The position numbers were made by a program, and so were the translations under genes. A stretch of DNA of 63,702 nt, the filler included, from Hausera hauseri (taxonomy: Eukaryota): the NCBI GenBank assembly GCA_046269625.1. It is 12 parts of 12 records of this genome, joined end to end, with 100 filler letters (N's around TTAATTAATTAA, not from the genome) between each part and the next. Parts side by side here need not be neighbours in the genome. Positions count along the whole stretch, not along the records: positions 32,792 to 44,492 come from JBJURY010077771.1; positions 44,593 to 49,304 come from JBJURY010465022.1; positions 49,405 to 53,824 come from JBJURY010591223.1; 9 more parts are not named here. One strand, 5' to 3'. Below, in pieces: positions 36,961 through 49,640 of the stretch (positions within the stretch are counted from its first letter, which is position 1; every line of letters starts with the position of its first letter). The notes beneath the pieces were generated by a model. The model made no database searches and was not told the origin of the DNA. It worked only from the letters and a program-made list of their open reading frames with translations.

Positions 36961-39129
36961 AGTAAATCTTCATTCTCCTGATAGTAGATATTTCCTCTAT
37001 CCATTTTATATTTATTTTTGCTCCCCTCTTTGTTTAGACTATTACGAATTTTACGAACTTCTTCATCCTTTGCTTGTTCTTTGGCTATAGCTTCGTGTGT
37101 AATTGGCATGGTTAATAATATGTACATCTCTTCGTTGACTTCTGCATTGTGTACTTCATATATCATAATCTGAATTAAATAAATCATTTTGTAGTCTTGT
37201 GTTTTACATTTCCTTGATTTTATTTGTTCAATGTTTGAATAATCATACTTATTAGTTGATCGGTATCCTTTGTGCATTTATTTCGTATTGATTTGGGTAC
37301 ATCTAGATGAACTTTCTGCGAATAATATTCCTTTAGGTCCTGCATATCATCGTAATCAAAGTTGATATGGTCGTTATGGTCTTGATAGATGTCACTTTCC
37401 TGAAGTCTTGATAGAAAGTCTGCGTTAGCGTTTGCTTTTCCTTATCGGTATTTTATTGAAATTTCTAAGTCTAGGATTTCTGCAGCCCATTTCATTAATT
37501 TTCGGCTGGTATCTCGTTGTTTCCTTAACCATTGTAAAGGTTTCTGATCAGTGTATTGGATTAATTCTCGTCCAGTTACATAATATCTGAAATATCGTAA
37601 AGCATATACTATCGCGTAACATTCTCGCTCGATTGTTGACTATCTACTTTGTGTTTCGCTTCATGTTTTACTGAGACATGCTATTGTTCCTTCACGTGGT
37701 GTGTCAGGAACCGATTGTCCTAAGACTGCACCTATAGCGTAACAGATGGCATCGGTCATTATTATATAGGGATATTTGGGATCAGGAAATTGTAGTATTG
37801 GAGGTGAAGTAAGAACTTGTTTTAAAATCTCAAATGCTCTCTGATGTGTTTCTTCAGAATTTTATGTTGTTCTTTTCTTAGTTAATTTTACTAGTGGTTT
37901 GACTATACGTGCAAAATTATATACGAATTTTCTATAGTAGTTAGCCATTCCTAACAGTCTTTGCAATTCTTTGAGACATTTAGGCGATCTTAATTTCTTT
38001 AGTTTCTCTACATTTATAGGATCAGGTTGAATTCCTTTACTTGACATTACGTCCGAGGAAAATGAGAGTATTTTTAGCAAATTCACATTTTTTCAACTTA
38101 ATTTTTAAATGAGCTTGTTTCAGTCTCTCAAATACTTGTGAAATGTCATTTAAGTGCTGTTCGAAGTTTTCGGAAAATATTATAACGTTATCTATGTACA
38201 CCATACAACAAGTTAGCCCTTGCAATACAAACTTCATACATCTTTGGAATGTAGCGGGTCCTCCTGTCAAACCAAAAGGCATAGCATTAAATTCCCATAA
38301 TCCATTTCCAGTAGAAAAGCTGTTTTTTGTTTATCATCTTCGGCAACTTCAACTTGCCAAAATCCGCATTGTAAATCTAGGGTGGCGAATATTGTGTCAT
38401 TTCGTAAGGCCGTAAGCATCTCATCTATCTTTGGTAATGGATAATTATCTTTCTTTGTGACATTATTTAGTACCCTAAAATCTACACAGAATCTTTGTGC
38501 TCCATCCTTTTTCTGCACTAATACTACTGGAAATGTCCATGGTGAGAAACTTTGTCTGATAATACCGTGTTTAATTATTTGTGCTATTTGTTTATCGCAT
38601 TCTTGTTTCTTGACTTCAGCCATTCAATACGGGTCTTGTTTAATAGGATTTGTGTTCTCTGCGATTCTATGATATTGAATAACGTTAGTTCTACCGATGT
38701 CATTTTCATTAATATCTATAATATCTCAATATTTGTAAAATAGTTGTAGTAATTGTTTCAATTGATATGAGGTTAATTCGTCTTCTTTAAATTTGATATT
38801 TTCATCTTCTACTAAGAACGTTGCTGCACATATTTTAACTGGTTGTAACCGTCCTAAGTTGAGGTTTTGCCGTAATCTAATTGCCTTTTATTGATACTTT
38901 CTATTGGCAATTCTAAACAGTGTACTCCTTTTGGCACAAATAAGGGATATTGTAGAATCTTATATTTTTTGTTATTATGTAGATTTGGTTCGAACATGCA
39001 GGTTTGCTTGTGGTATTGCGGTGGTATTGTGACCATCACCACTACTCGTTGCTGGGGTTTGATAATAACGTCATGAGTCAAGGTCATGTTGATTTCCTCA
39101 ATCGGCAAATTGGTCATCGTGTATTTAAG

Positions 39130-39440
39130 GGTTTGGTTGATAGGTCCATTGAGAGTCCTGAATTTTGTGATAATACGTCCATTCCTATTACTAAGGGTAC
39201 TGACAATATTTTATCCTCTATCACAAATAAGGTGGTAGTGTGAAAATTATCATCAATTCTTATTCTGATGCTTATTTTTCCTAAAAATTGTACTTAAGTG
39301 GAGTTTGCGGCTGCTATTACTATATCGCTTGGCATGATTGCTCTTTTTTGATCGTCAGTTACGTATAAATATCTAATCATTGATACAGAGCATAATGTTT
39401 AATCCGTTAAATCGTACTCGTACATAGGGGTTATTTCCTG
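39130..39440 (-). pseudogene. Retroviral-type aspartic protease (family B), active-site motif deleted or frameshifted
   Basis: NPYVRVRFNGLNIM[..]SMI...IAAANS...FLGKISIRIRI...LFVIE...LVIGMDVL; its N-terminus shares ORF 39373-39849 with the env tail. Confidence 0.7.
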
Positions 39441-39849
39441 TTGTCAAAGTGGCTTGGGTCATAAAAATGAATTTTGTATTATTTCGTCGAATGTCCGTTT
39501 TATTATATTGTCGGAGTATATTTGGTGGATAAGCAGAACTTGGTAGGCGTGTATATTTATCTAAGTCTCTTGCCATCAGAAGAACGTGCATGGACGTGAC
39601 ATTTATTTCTCCATAATCAAAATATTCTGGGAATTCATCAATAGGTTCGGGCTTATAGTATGTTGGTGCTTCTGGCTCAAAGTGTTGTCTAGCTTTCTTT
39701 CTTAATAATTTATATTTAACCAGATATTCTTCCACCGTTAACTTAATAAAAGCTTGTAACTGTTGCTCTAGTTCTGGGGCTAAACGAAGTTCTTTTATTA
39801 ATTTGTCAAGTTCCTTTGCACGCCAGTACATTAATACTGATTGAGCCAT

Positions 39850-41680
39850 TGAAGGGAAACATCACAGCATAATTTGGCATGTACAACCACGTACTTTCTT
39901 TATATTTCTGGCAGCTCCTGTATGTCTTAATATAACCACTGTGGTAGTATTTATAACATATATACCGAAAACTCTAGGCATAACTTGACCAAAAATAAGA
40001 AATTCATTCAAGAAATCGTAAAGAACCTTTTTAGCTGTTCTTTCTAAATAGTCGCTTGGTAGTAGCATTCAATAATTAGGCACACCATCTGATCCTTTTG
40101 TAACAGTATATACAAATTCTGTAATGACTTTTTCTCGGATGTTCTGAAATAATACCTGTTTTCTTACCGCTTCCAGGTAAGAATATAATCCACTGGTGGG
40201 AAGTTCTCTACTTACTTTAAATTTTATACCTTTATCCCATGGTAATAATCCAATTGTCTGTGGTATGTTCATCATAGTTGGTTGGTGTGTTTTGGTCCAT
40301 CTTCCATCACTGAGCTTGAAGGCTAGATAGAAGTCTTTGTAACACGGTGCAGAGGTGATATTGTTGGGTAAGAACAATTTTCGAGCGATAGGATCCACAT
40401 ATCCGATTTGTATTATATTTTTCTCAATATACTGAACCATTAAATCGTTTGTGCAATTTTCTCTTGTAATTGTTATTGGGGTTACTTCAGTTGGCGGGCA
40501 TTGGTATACGTGAAGTATCTCGCCTTGTACTCTACCAAGTGTTCTGGGACGATATCCCATAATTATGGTTATATGCTCCGGGAATTCTCTGGCTAATATT
40601 ATGTCATGCTGATTCAATTTTTGAGTAATTTTGCAGTTTCTCAACACCATCATGTTTTATAACTCAACTAAATCCATTTTTGCGGTGTGATAAATATAAT
40701 CTCTCTTGTATTCGTATATAAGTGCCACTTTATGTCTTCAGTTGGTAGCTTTCCAGTATCCGCAAGGGTTACTCTCGTTACAAATAATTCTTCATAAGAT
40801 GTATAATAAATGGCATTTAATCCGAAAGTCGATATTGCTCATTTGCGCGACAACACAATTCCGTCTTTATCGCTGGATGGCATTAGGACTTTCAAGGAAG
40901 TTGTTTGCTTTAAGGTTCTTGGAGTAGGTAAACTTATGTTATGGTTATGTACAGGTTTTTATATTCGTCAACATAATATAAATCACCTTGTATTTTGTAC
41001 ATAGATACGTGTTTAAGGAAATATACTGGGCATATCACTGATGTTTTTCCCAGACTAGCGTAGATTCTCCTAATGCACACACTCCATCAGAATATGTACA
41101 AGATGGTGCAGTTAACATTTTTCCTGTAATTGCATCGAAATTTATTTTATATTCCTTTATGGTGACGGTGAAATCTTCTATTTGTACTACAGCCGATTCT
41201 TTTTGTCCATTTATCATCATACTTTCTTCTTCTTACGCTCTACCATATCCGGGCCATATTGGTGAACAAACTCGTTTTCCAATGCATGTCTACACGGGGT
41301 GTTGTAAACCTACGTGAATTGAATCCGTGTTTTTTCTACAATTTTCAGCAGCAATTGTTACGGGTTTCGGTAGTCCTTGTGGAATAATTACAGAATTCTA
41401 CGAATTATGACTACAGATATAAGCAAATACTACCTTATTAACTTGGCATTCCTTTACTTGCACTTGTTGATAACTGATTCTTTTATACAAATTATAATTG
41501 TAAGGACATTCCTTCTTTAATGATATCGGGTTTGCATTCTGACATTTACCTATATCTACCAGTGAAAGTCTGGCTATTATTTCGGGATTGGAACAATCGA
41601 AACTTCTAACGCTTTCGTAATTTTCATGCTGCTCAATGCTATTAAGTATAATAGAAAATCAATGATTTGTACCATCCAGT
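39850..41680 (-). pseudogene. Chuvirus-like envelope glycoprotein (family B)
   Basis: Signal FLLYLIALSSMKITKA|LEV(F)DCSNPEIIARLSLVDIGKC after correcting one frameshift; CTYSDGVC; RNCKI; GRVQGEILHVYQCPPTEV; CTNDLMV; SGLYS; TM FLIFGQV..FGIYVI. Confidence 0.82.
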
Positions 41681-44592
41681 CTAAGATATTAGTGTCTTTG
41701 GGATATATTAATGTAGTGGGGTTAAATTTCTTGAGAATTTCATCCAAACCACCTAGTTTCGTTACCCAATCTTTTGTTAGTTTGTCCATGTGATGGGCTA
41801 AATCTCTTACTATGTGGTGTAGCTTGGCATCGACCTTGTTTGATTATTTTAAACTAACCATTATGCATCCCAATGCCATCAACAATCGGTTTTGATCACA
41901 TTCCTTTAATAGTCGTGTCAATACTTTATTTAAACTTCCTTTCAGCTTATATTTGTGTAATAACCGGGTAATTTGTGATGAGAAATTTCTAGCAGTCTCG
42001 ATTTTGGATTGTAATGGAATTATGGTAATTATTGGTATCTTTTTGAGTTGGTTTGTGTTAGCTTTCTTGATTAAATGTTCCAAAAGTTTATGAGTGGTCA
42101 ATGTTACTTTGGTACATTTGTTTCGCCCTGGTTTGATGTTCCTGGGACAGAATTTTTTATTTGCTCATTTTCATCATCGCTAATAGTCAATCGTTGGAAA
42201 TTGTCATATAATATATCTTCTAATGTTTTCCTCTTTTCCTTACGATTTCGTGACAAAGATCTCTTCTTCCTTTGTTTTTCTGGATTTTCTTCATTGGGAT
42301 TTTCTTCGTCATCACTTATTGGATTAAAATCGCATTTTTGTGCTCTTCCGCCTTTTTTCTTAATGCCAAATTCCATGGTAATCTGATGAATCTTTCCGGT
42401 AAGCTGTCAGTAATCTACAACATAATAATTGTCAACGGTTAACCTGCCATAAACATCGGTTTTCGCTATTATATTGGTTTCTAGATCTAATTCATCTAAT
42501 ACCTTCCTTCGTAGATCCGTAAATTTAGTGAACATTCCTGCTGTTACTTCGATTACGTGTACCCGCTTATTGCTTTTGATTTCTATACTTATAATATATG
42601 ACTTTTTTCGTCTGTTTTCGTCTTAGGTCTCTTCCTAGAGTTTTAATAATTTTCTTGCTGCTGAAAAACAGAATATATCATCCTTTGTAAGTGGCAGGAG
42701 TAATGCTGCACATTCTATTGGACTAGCTGGTGGTAGTGACTCATATTGTCGTAAATCATTCCATACTTCGTTAGGTGCTGAATCAGCCATTTGTAATTTA
42801 TCTTTAATTATTTCAGTTACTGATTTTTGAGGTTCTCTGTATAGTATAGATCCTGGTGGAATGTTCACTTCCGGGATGTCCTTTGGCTTTTCGATCGTTA
42901 ATATTGTAGCATCGGGGTACTAAATCATATCCGGTATAAGTATGAGTTCATCATCTACTAAGATTTCAAATGCTTAATCTTCATCGACAACTTGTGGTTC
43001 CATTTTGGATGTACTTGGCTGTATTGGATCCCAAATACTGTAAAATAATGTCGGTTTCTCGAGTGGAACCTTAGATTGGGGAAGTGGTGCGACAAATCTA
43101 TCATTATAACGTTCTATCCATTCGCCAGTCGGTCTTGTTCTGACGAGTTCGTGTGAATATTCGTTCGAATCCATATCCGGGTGTCTTTGGGCAATTGGTT
43201 CGATTTCTGGAATTGCTCTTGCTTCATCAATTTTCTCGAGTTTTTGTACTGCTGGAAAAGCTATTCGTAATGTTTCCTGGCTTTCTATTATCTATGGTAT
43301 ATTGTATTCTAATCGCACAGTCTTTAGGTATTCACCTGGACATCTTTGTGCCATAATTTCTGAGTTATGACCGTGGTATAGGTCTAAACATTTGTAGGTT
43401 CTGTTAGTTTGTTCCAAATCGTAGATGGTGGTTAAATTTACTGGATTTATTTTCAATGTATTTAATAGTTCTGGCAACTGGCGTCCGATGATTATCTTCC
43501 CTGGTAAATATTTATTCATAAATTCACTTACTGACTCTTGTCGTTGAGAATTAGATCGTCTACTGTATTCGGTGTACTTCGTAGTGTCTGGTATATTTGG
43601 ATACACATGAATATTGTGAATTATTTTTCCTTCCAAATTTTTGGTAGCAGCTTGAGTAAGTCCTTTCTGGTCTCATTTGGTTGTACATCTACCTGTAATG
43701 ATTATTTCTCTGTCGTGCGTTACAGTTTCATCCGCCGTTAATACGGGTGTTTCCTTAAGTAACTGTATTAAGTATATCGAATAGTTGTTCAAAGGTTAAA
43801 TCTGACAGTCTCCTTCGTATGGATAATTAAGAAGTATCTTAGTTTCTTTTGAAACAATTACCGTTTTATTGTTGATTTGTAACCGGGCTTCTCTCTGATT
43901 AGTAATTATAACAAATGGCAGGTCATTTCTTTTAATCTGAATATCAGTCTTTTTATATAAATTTTATCAATACCTTCTATACAAATTGATCCTCGTTTGG
44001 CGATATCTGCAAACTCTATTCGGTTAGATTTCTTGTCGTTGAATATTTTGTATCAATTTTGAACTATATCTATATTCATACGCCGTAATGTTGCTTCTGG
44101 AATCAAAATGGTGTTGCATGTTATCTCTTGTTCGGGATATCTGTCTTCTTTAAACCAGGGTCTTCTTGGAAAAATATAATATGGAGTTCCTTGACGGTTA
44201 AGTTTAATTTTCTATTCTTGACGTAAGTTGATTAATCGCTGTGTTAATGTACCTTCTCTTTTCCATTGATCATTTGGTAGATTGAAGTTCTGATCTGTAC
44301 TAAACGTACCAAAGATATCTGTTTCCTTTAAATGCAGTTGTTTAAATAACCATGGTAATCTATTCCAACGATAAGTTTTCCACAGAGTAGCTGTCTAAGG
44401 TTCTTGGAACATTTTTCTTGCTCTATGTGTACCTTTTCTAACTCAATTATAAAATTACCTTTGATGTTTTCTATTCCTATTCAATTAATTTCNNNNNNNN
44501 NNNNNNNNNNNNNNNNNNNNNNNNNNNNNNNNNNNNTTAATTAATTAANNNNNNNNNNNNNNNNNNNNNNNNNNNNNNNNNNNNNNNNNNNN

Positions 44593-47500
44593 GCGCCAAA
44601 ACTTTTAATCAAAGAATATGCCGAATTTTTAAGGACAAGGCCCGAAGAAGTAATTAGAGTAAAAATAACGGCGGACTGGATGGATGAAAAGGAACAAGAA
44701 TTCACTACACACTCCTCTGTAAAGGATGTATTACTGTGGATAAAGAATAATGGATACGCCCATGAACTAAACTATAGACTCTATTTTAGAGGAAGGATAC
44801 TGGACGAATCGGAGTTACTGATAGAAGTTTGAATTATTCCAGACGAGATAAATCGATTAGTGGTGACCATAGCTATCGACGAGACAAACGAAGAGGCTAT
44901 AAGGAAAGCTAAAGCCGAGCAGCAACTAGGACAAATAATAGGAGTCCGAGATGCGGTAGTATATTTCGAGTACTTACAAACAGGTGAAGATAATGAGCAA
45001 TACGATATGTATTTAGTACCCCTTACTGATAACACACCTATCGTAACAAAACAGAAACGTCCGATCGGTAGACCGCGGAGGGTACGAGAGGAGAACGACT
45101 ACAATGGAGACCTGATTAAAGAATTGAGGCAAATGTTCATACCAACCTTCAGTGCAGATAATGAGGAACTGAACGAACTAATGAAGGATTTGATACGAAT
45201 AGTAAGCCACTCCAACCCTGACGGTGATATGTTAAATAAGAAAGAGAAGGCCATATTTAATGCAGCCAAGGCCATGAAAGGCCTCCGGTGCAAAGTAACC
45301 AAGAGTACCTTAAGTGATGAAACGATAATTGAGAAAATTATGGTAGAAAATACCATGGAGAAACTGAGGAAGGTGTTGCTGTATCTGGCCATCAAAATTA
45401 ACCCGAATAGAGAAAACTAATTTAACAAAGCAACTAGCTTAGCAAGGAAGGCCGCTAGGAAACTGCCTCGAGAAGTGGACTAGACGAAGTTATTTGAAAA
45501 AGAAGAAGGTCATCAAGCTAGACTTTCCTTCGATAGCAATAGATTCGGAGACCTGCTACGAAATCTAACTGGGAATTACAGAGGAAATGAATCGAATTGG
45601 TTAATAAACTTTCTGGTCATGACGATATTGATAAAACAAATGGGTGCAGTCACGGTATATGATTGTGACAAATTTAGACTTGGATAAAAGTACTCACTAA
45701 TGGACTTGGAAATGTGAGGACGCGAGACCACACAAATTAGAAACAAAAAAAGAGTTACGTATTATACCAACAACGTAAACTAATTGCATTGGATGGGGTG
45801 GAATGTATGTTGCGACGATCTCTCAGCATCTTTCATTGTGGGCTGATACATGGACACTCATCAATAATCAAACCGACGACTCCACCAATTCCGATTAATT
45901 TTGAACGACAACATTGTAAGCAAGCAAGAGAGACGGGAAGAATAAAGTGGGATGGCATGAAACTAGAGATACAAAAAGAGAAAATAGTCAGAGTATGCAA
46001 AATAGCAGTCGGAAGGCTAGACATGCACACGGGACATTGCCAAGGTGCAGAATACGATACCGGAAAGGGATTAGAGCCGAACGTCGTAGTAGTAGATTTT
46101 TATGAAACTAAAATGCGAATGCAGAAAGTGGTGTTCCTTAGTGTTACTAAGCTTTACACCGAGAACCACAAATGCCATATTCAGGATGGCACGTGCCCAT
46201 TCCGGAATTCCGTAGTAATTTGTGAACCTCCAGCCAAGACTGATTGTAATTTTATTAGAATTAAAGAACTGAAATTCAACGAGACAACGGGAAAACGATA
46301 GATAAGTAGCCCGGAAACTAACTCTAAAACGCGAGAGAATGTGACCGAAAAATCCACACCTACAATACTGATTTCTGACGATCATGGATTAAAATTTATA
46401 AAGAAAGACATGCTCTCTAGATGCGACGTCGTAATGTATGCTACCAATTACAAAGCATTTTTTGTAGCCGAGACAGAAATAAACGCCAGAACGTTCAAAC
46501 TCGAGACTCAGGACATCCGGATTAAATACTATTTGAAGAACAGAGATGACTATTTCTACTATAAGAAACAAGCCGGAATAGCCAAATTATACCGTAAAAT
46601 GATAACAAACGACTGTAAATTGGATTTGGAAATCATGAGAACTAAATTAGCTCTAATATATGCAAATCCCGAGTTGGCATCACCAATAATTCCGATGAAG
46701 GAAGGTATTTTTGGACGAGTAACCGAAGAAGTATTATTGACGTATGAGTGCGAAAAGAAAGACGTACCAATTGACGTGGAAGAAAAGAGGTGTATACAAG
46801 AACTTCCAGTGATATATCAGGACGTACCGAGATTAGTAACACCAATTACCAGAGTGCTGTTGGCAAACGCCACTTTACCGACAATTTTGAGAGATTGCAA
46901 AACGACTTTAGGAGAGCCAATGTTCAGACGAAGTGAGACTAATTGGGTGATTCTACCAAACGGTAATATTATCGCACCACCTACCAAGTTGACAGGAACA
47001 AACCTGATAAAAGAAATAACCGATGATAAGTTCCAGGATACAGCCGCAAAAGGTATTTATCGACCAAAAGTAGTAGAGGCATTTAGACAATTTCTTGCTT
47101 TTCCCTGCCAACGTACCCATGAATTAAACAGAGCGATGTATACAATATTAGAGGATTCGCGCTGTCAGTTAAAATGGGAGTCATTGCTTGGTGTTGGCTA
47201 TTATAAAAAGGTAACTACAGAAATTTTATACAAAATTTGGGGAAGATTCCTAATATTCGGACAAGCTGCATCAGGATTTCTAGCGATATACTTTCTAATT
47301 CAATTGGTAAAAGCTATAATTTAGTCAATCATAAATGGATATGAAATATTTACCTTTACATGATTTTCTTGCAAAATTTTAACGGCTATTATCATTCCTT
47401 TTGGCAAATTTTTAAAGGATTATGAAGAGAATAAATGGAAAACAAATGTAGAACGACACGTTGGCTATCACAATAGGAAACGTAAAAGACGCCTAATTGA

Positions 47501-49304
47501 TTACAGGCAAAGATTCTTAGATAGTAAGACACGAAGAAATAATTCAGATGATGACGAGCCTAATGGAGGAGACGTCCTCTTCAGGTCAAACAGATACAAA
47601 AATTACTCCGTTATAAAACTACCATTACCCATATTGCCGCCAACGGCGCCTATATATGAAGATTGTGAGAAACAATCTATGAGTTCGTGCCAGATAGACC
47701 TCTATTGGAAGCCGTTTAGTTTAGAGAATCCTTACGAAGGAGCAAAACGTTATGGGATACTGCGTAAGATCCACGAAACAGAGAAAACCTCGATTCCACA
47801 CCATAGATTAGCAGTCGACGACCACGGTATAATTTACTCGCCCAGAATACCTAAGCCGAACAAAACTCAATCGATATTTACTCGACGCCATGAAGCACAA
47901 AATCGTCGAACCTCAGATGTTCAACCGACGGTTAGAAACCAGAGAGTGGAAAAGGCGAATGAAACAAGTAATGCACTATACCCAATTGGGGAGTTAAGAC
48001 AGTTGGTCGAGCAGCCAGTTGGGACCACTGAAGTTACCATTAACGGTTACAAGGTGTCTACCATACGACAATCCAAGATAGCACCAAGCTATTACGATAC
48101 AGGGATCAAAGGCAGGCCCTTTGCAAAGATTCAATTGGAAGACTGGGAGGTTTATGCACTAATAGATACAGGATTTGAAATATCACTGATAAAATATAAT
48201 TCGATACCACAATTCTTACGAAAACAATTATATCCACCTCCTACGACGGACCCAGGAAGCATTGGAGCTTTCGCACAGTCATCAAAACCGGATAAATTAC
48301 TGTTAAGTAAAATATTGGATTGCATGGAGCCCAAGAATCAAAAAGAATTGAGGCATTGGCTAGGATTATGTGGATATTACGCCACTTACGTGCCAGAAAA
48401 TGCAAAGATAAATGCACCCTTGTATCGCTTATTAAAGAAAGGGATCAAATGGAAATGGACCGATGTTGAACAAAAGGCTTTTGATGAAGTGAAGAAAATT
48501 CTAACTAGCGAACCTGTTTTAAGATATCCCGATTTCAACCTGCCGTGCATAATCAAAACAAACGCCAGTAAGGAAGGTATCGGATATGAACTGGCCCAAA
48601 AACAAGAAAACGAGGATTTGGAACACCCGATTGCATACGGAGGACGTTCTCTGAAGTCAGCAAAAAAGAACTATTCTGTTTCGGAACTAGAAACATTTGC
48701 ATTAAAAGAAGCACTGCGGCATTTTAATGTATATGTCTACGTACAAAAGATCATTATCGTTACGGATCATAAGGCAGCTACGACTTTGAAAGGTAAAGCA
48801 AATAACCCAACTTGTAGACTCAACAGATAGATTGAGGAGATATCGCGATATAATATTGAGTTCCAATACAAGCCCGGAAGTAAACATGTCGACGCTGATG
48901 CGTTATCGAGACTTAAAACGAAAACAAGCGCAGTTATAGTAATGAGAAAAGCTCACGTTGAAGACTTAGTAGAGAGACAACGGATCCTCACACTGGATAA
49001 GACACTAAAAATTTCTCTCGAACAAAGAAAAGACCGGGTTATACAACAGAGTATCGAGTTTATAGAGACCAACGTAACACCCAAGGGTCATCAGTTACGG
49101 AAACACTTACGACGATATGGTCACAAATACTGCGTCGTTGGAGATTTAAACCGCGAAAATGTGTTATATTACGAACGAAAGGAACGGAAACTAGTTGTCA
49201 TACCAAAAGGATTACGAACGGAAGTACTCATGGCCGAACATGATTTTTATTTAGCTGGACATATGTCGTGAAAAAAGACATTAGAAAGGATTTTAAAAAA
49301 GTAT
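44593..49304 (+). mobile_element. Family-A env-bearing Gypsy-like element, copy 2: UBL, AT-hook-like motif, env, tail, PR, (RT core deleted), RNaseH, start of integrase
   Basis: ALIDTG protease; WLGLCGYYATYV RT thumb; KTNASKEGIG, YSVSELETFAL, TDHKA, HVDADALSR RNaseH; VIPKGLRTEVLMAEHDFYLAGH integrase Zn-finger. Confidence 0.92.
45598..47430 (+). pseudogene. Chuvirus-like envelope glycoprotein (family A, copy 2)
   Basis: AVTVYDC, IFHCGLIHGHSS, HCKQARETG, CHIQDGTC, NDCKLD, GRVTEEVLLTYEC, CIQELPVIY..LVTPITRVL, GIYRPKVVEAFRQFLAFP, WGRFLIFGQAASGFLAIYFLIQLVK: same motif order as chuvirus/Jingchuvirales glycoproteins (YDC..LSLLD.G.C, YYCG.HSH, GEV...KC, CY.ELPV, GIY....LR..I.FP). Confidence 0.88.
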
Positions 49305-49404
49305 NNNNNNNNNNNNNNNNNNNNNNNNNNNNNNNNNNNNNNNNNNNNTTAATTAATTAANNNNNNNNNNNNNNNNNNNNNNNNNNNNNNNNNNNNNNNN
49401 NNNN

Positions 49405-49640
49405 GTTGTTTGGATTAACCATACAAATATCCTTGCATCTTACCATGCCACGATCCCATACTTTTCTATAATCTGGGTCGTGTAATACATCATACATCAC
49501 GTTCGCTTCAACGTCTTTTTAAAAACGCTCTCAACTTAACGATCTTAAAATCTGTTTCTCGAGTTTACTTTGAGTAAACTTGTACATCCGGTTTATTAAC
49601 TTCGACAGACCAATTATCGTCAAAGTCACATTTTCCTAGC
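49405..49640 (-). pseudogene. STARD10: START-domain lipid-transfer protein (STARD10/PCTP-like), N-terminal fragment, intronless and decayed
   Basis: CDFDDNWSVEVNKPDVQVYSK*...[41 protein letters not shown] (cf. DVPAETLYDVLHDIEYRKKWD); not in the ORF track. Confidence 0.8.

Larger units (their letters stand above)
36961..44492 (-). mobile_element. Family-B env-bearing Gypsy-like element: unknown N-terminal region, env, protease, RT, RNaseH; integrase lost at the junction with pPolB
   Basis: RT SPWTFPVVLVQKKDGAQRFCVDFRVLN, MPFGLTGGPATFQR, VYIDNVIIFS, LGMANYYRKFV; RNaseH MTDA, ERECYAIVYAL, TDQKPL, NANADFLSR; env upstream on the same strand. Confidence 0.9.

Noticed and set aside
47322-47363. Programmed stop-codon readthrough between env and pol
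   Set aside because: The sister copy has CAA and GGA at these positions, so they are most simply nonsense mutations in a dead copy.
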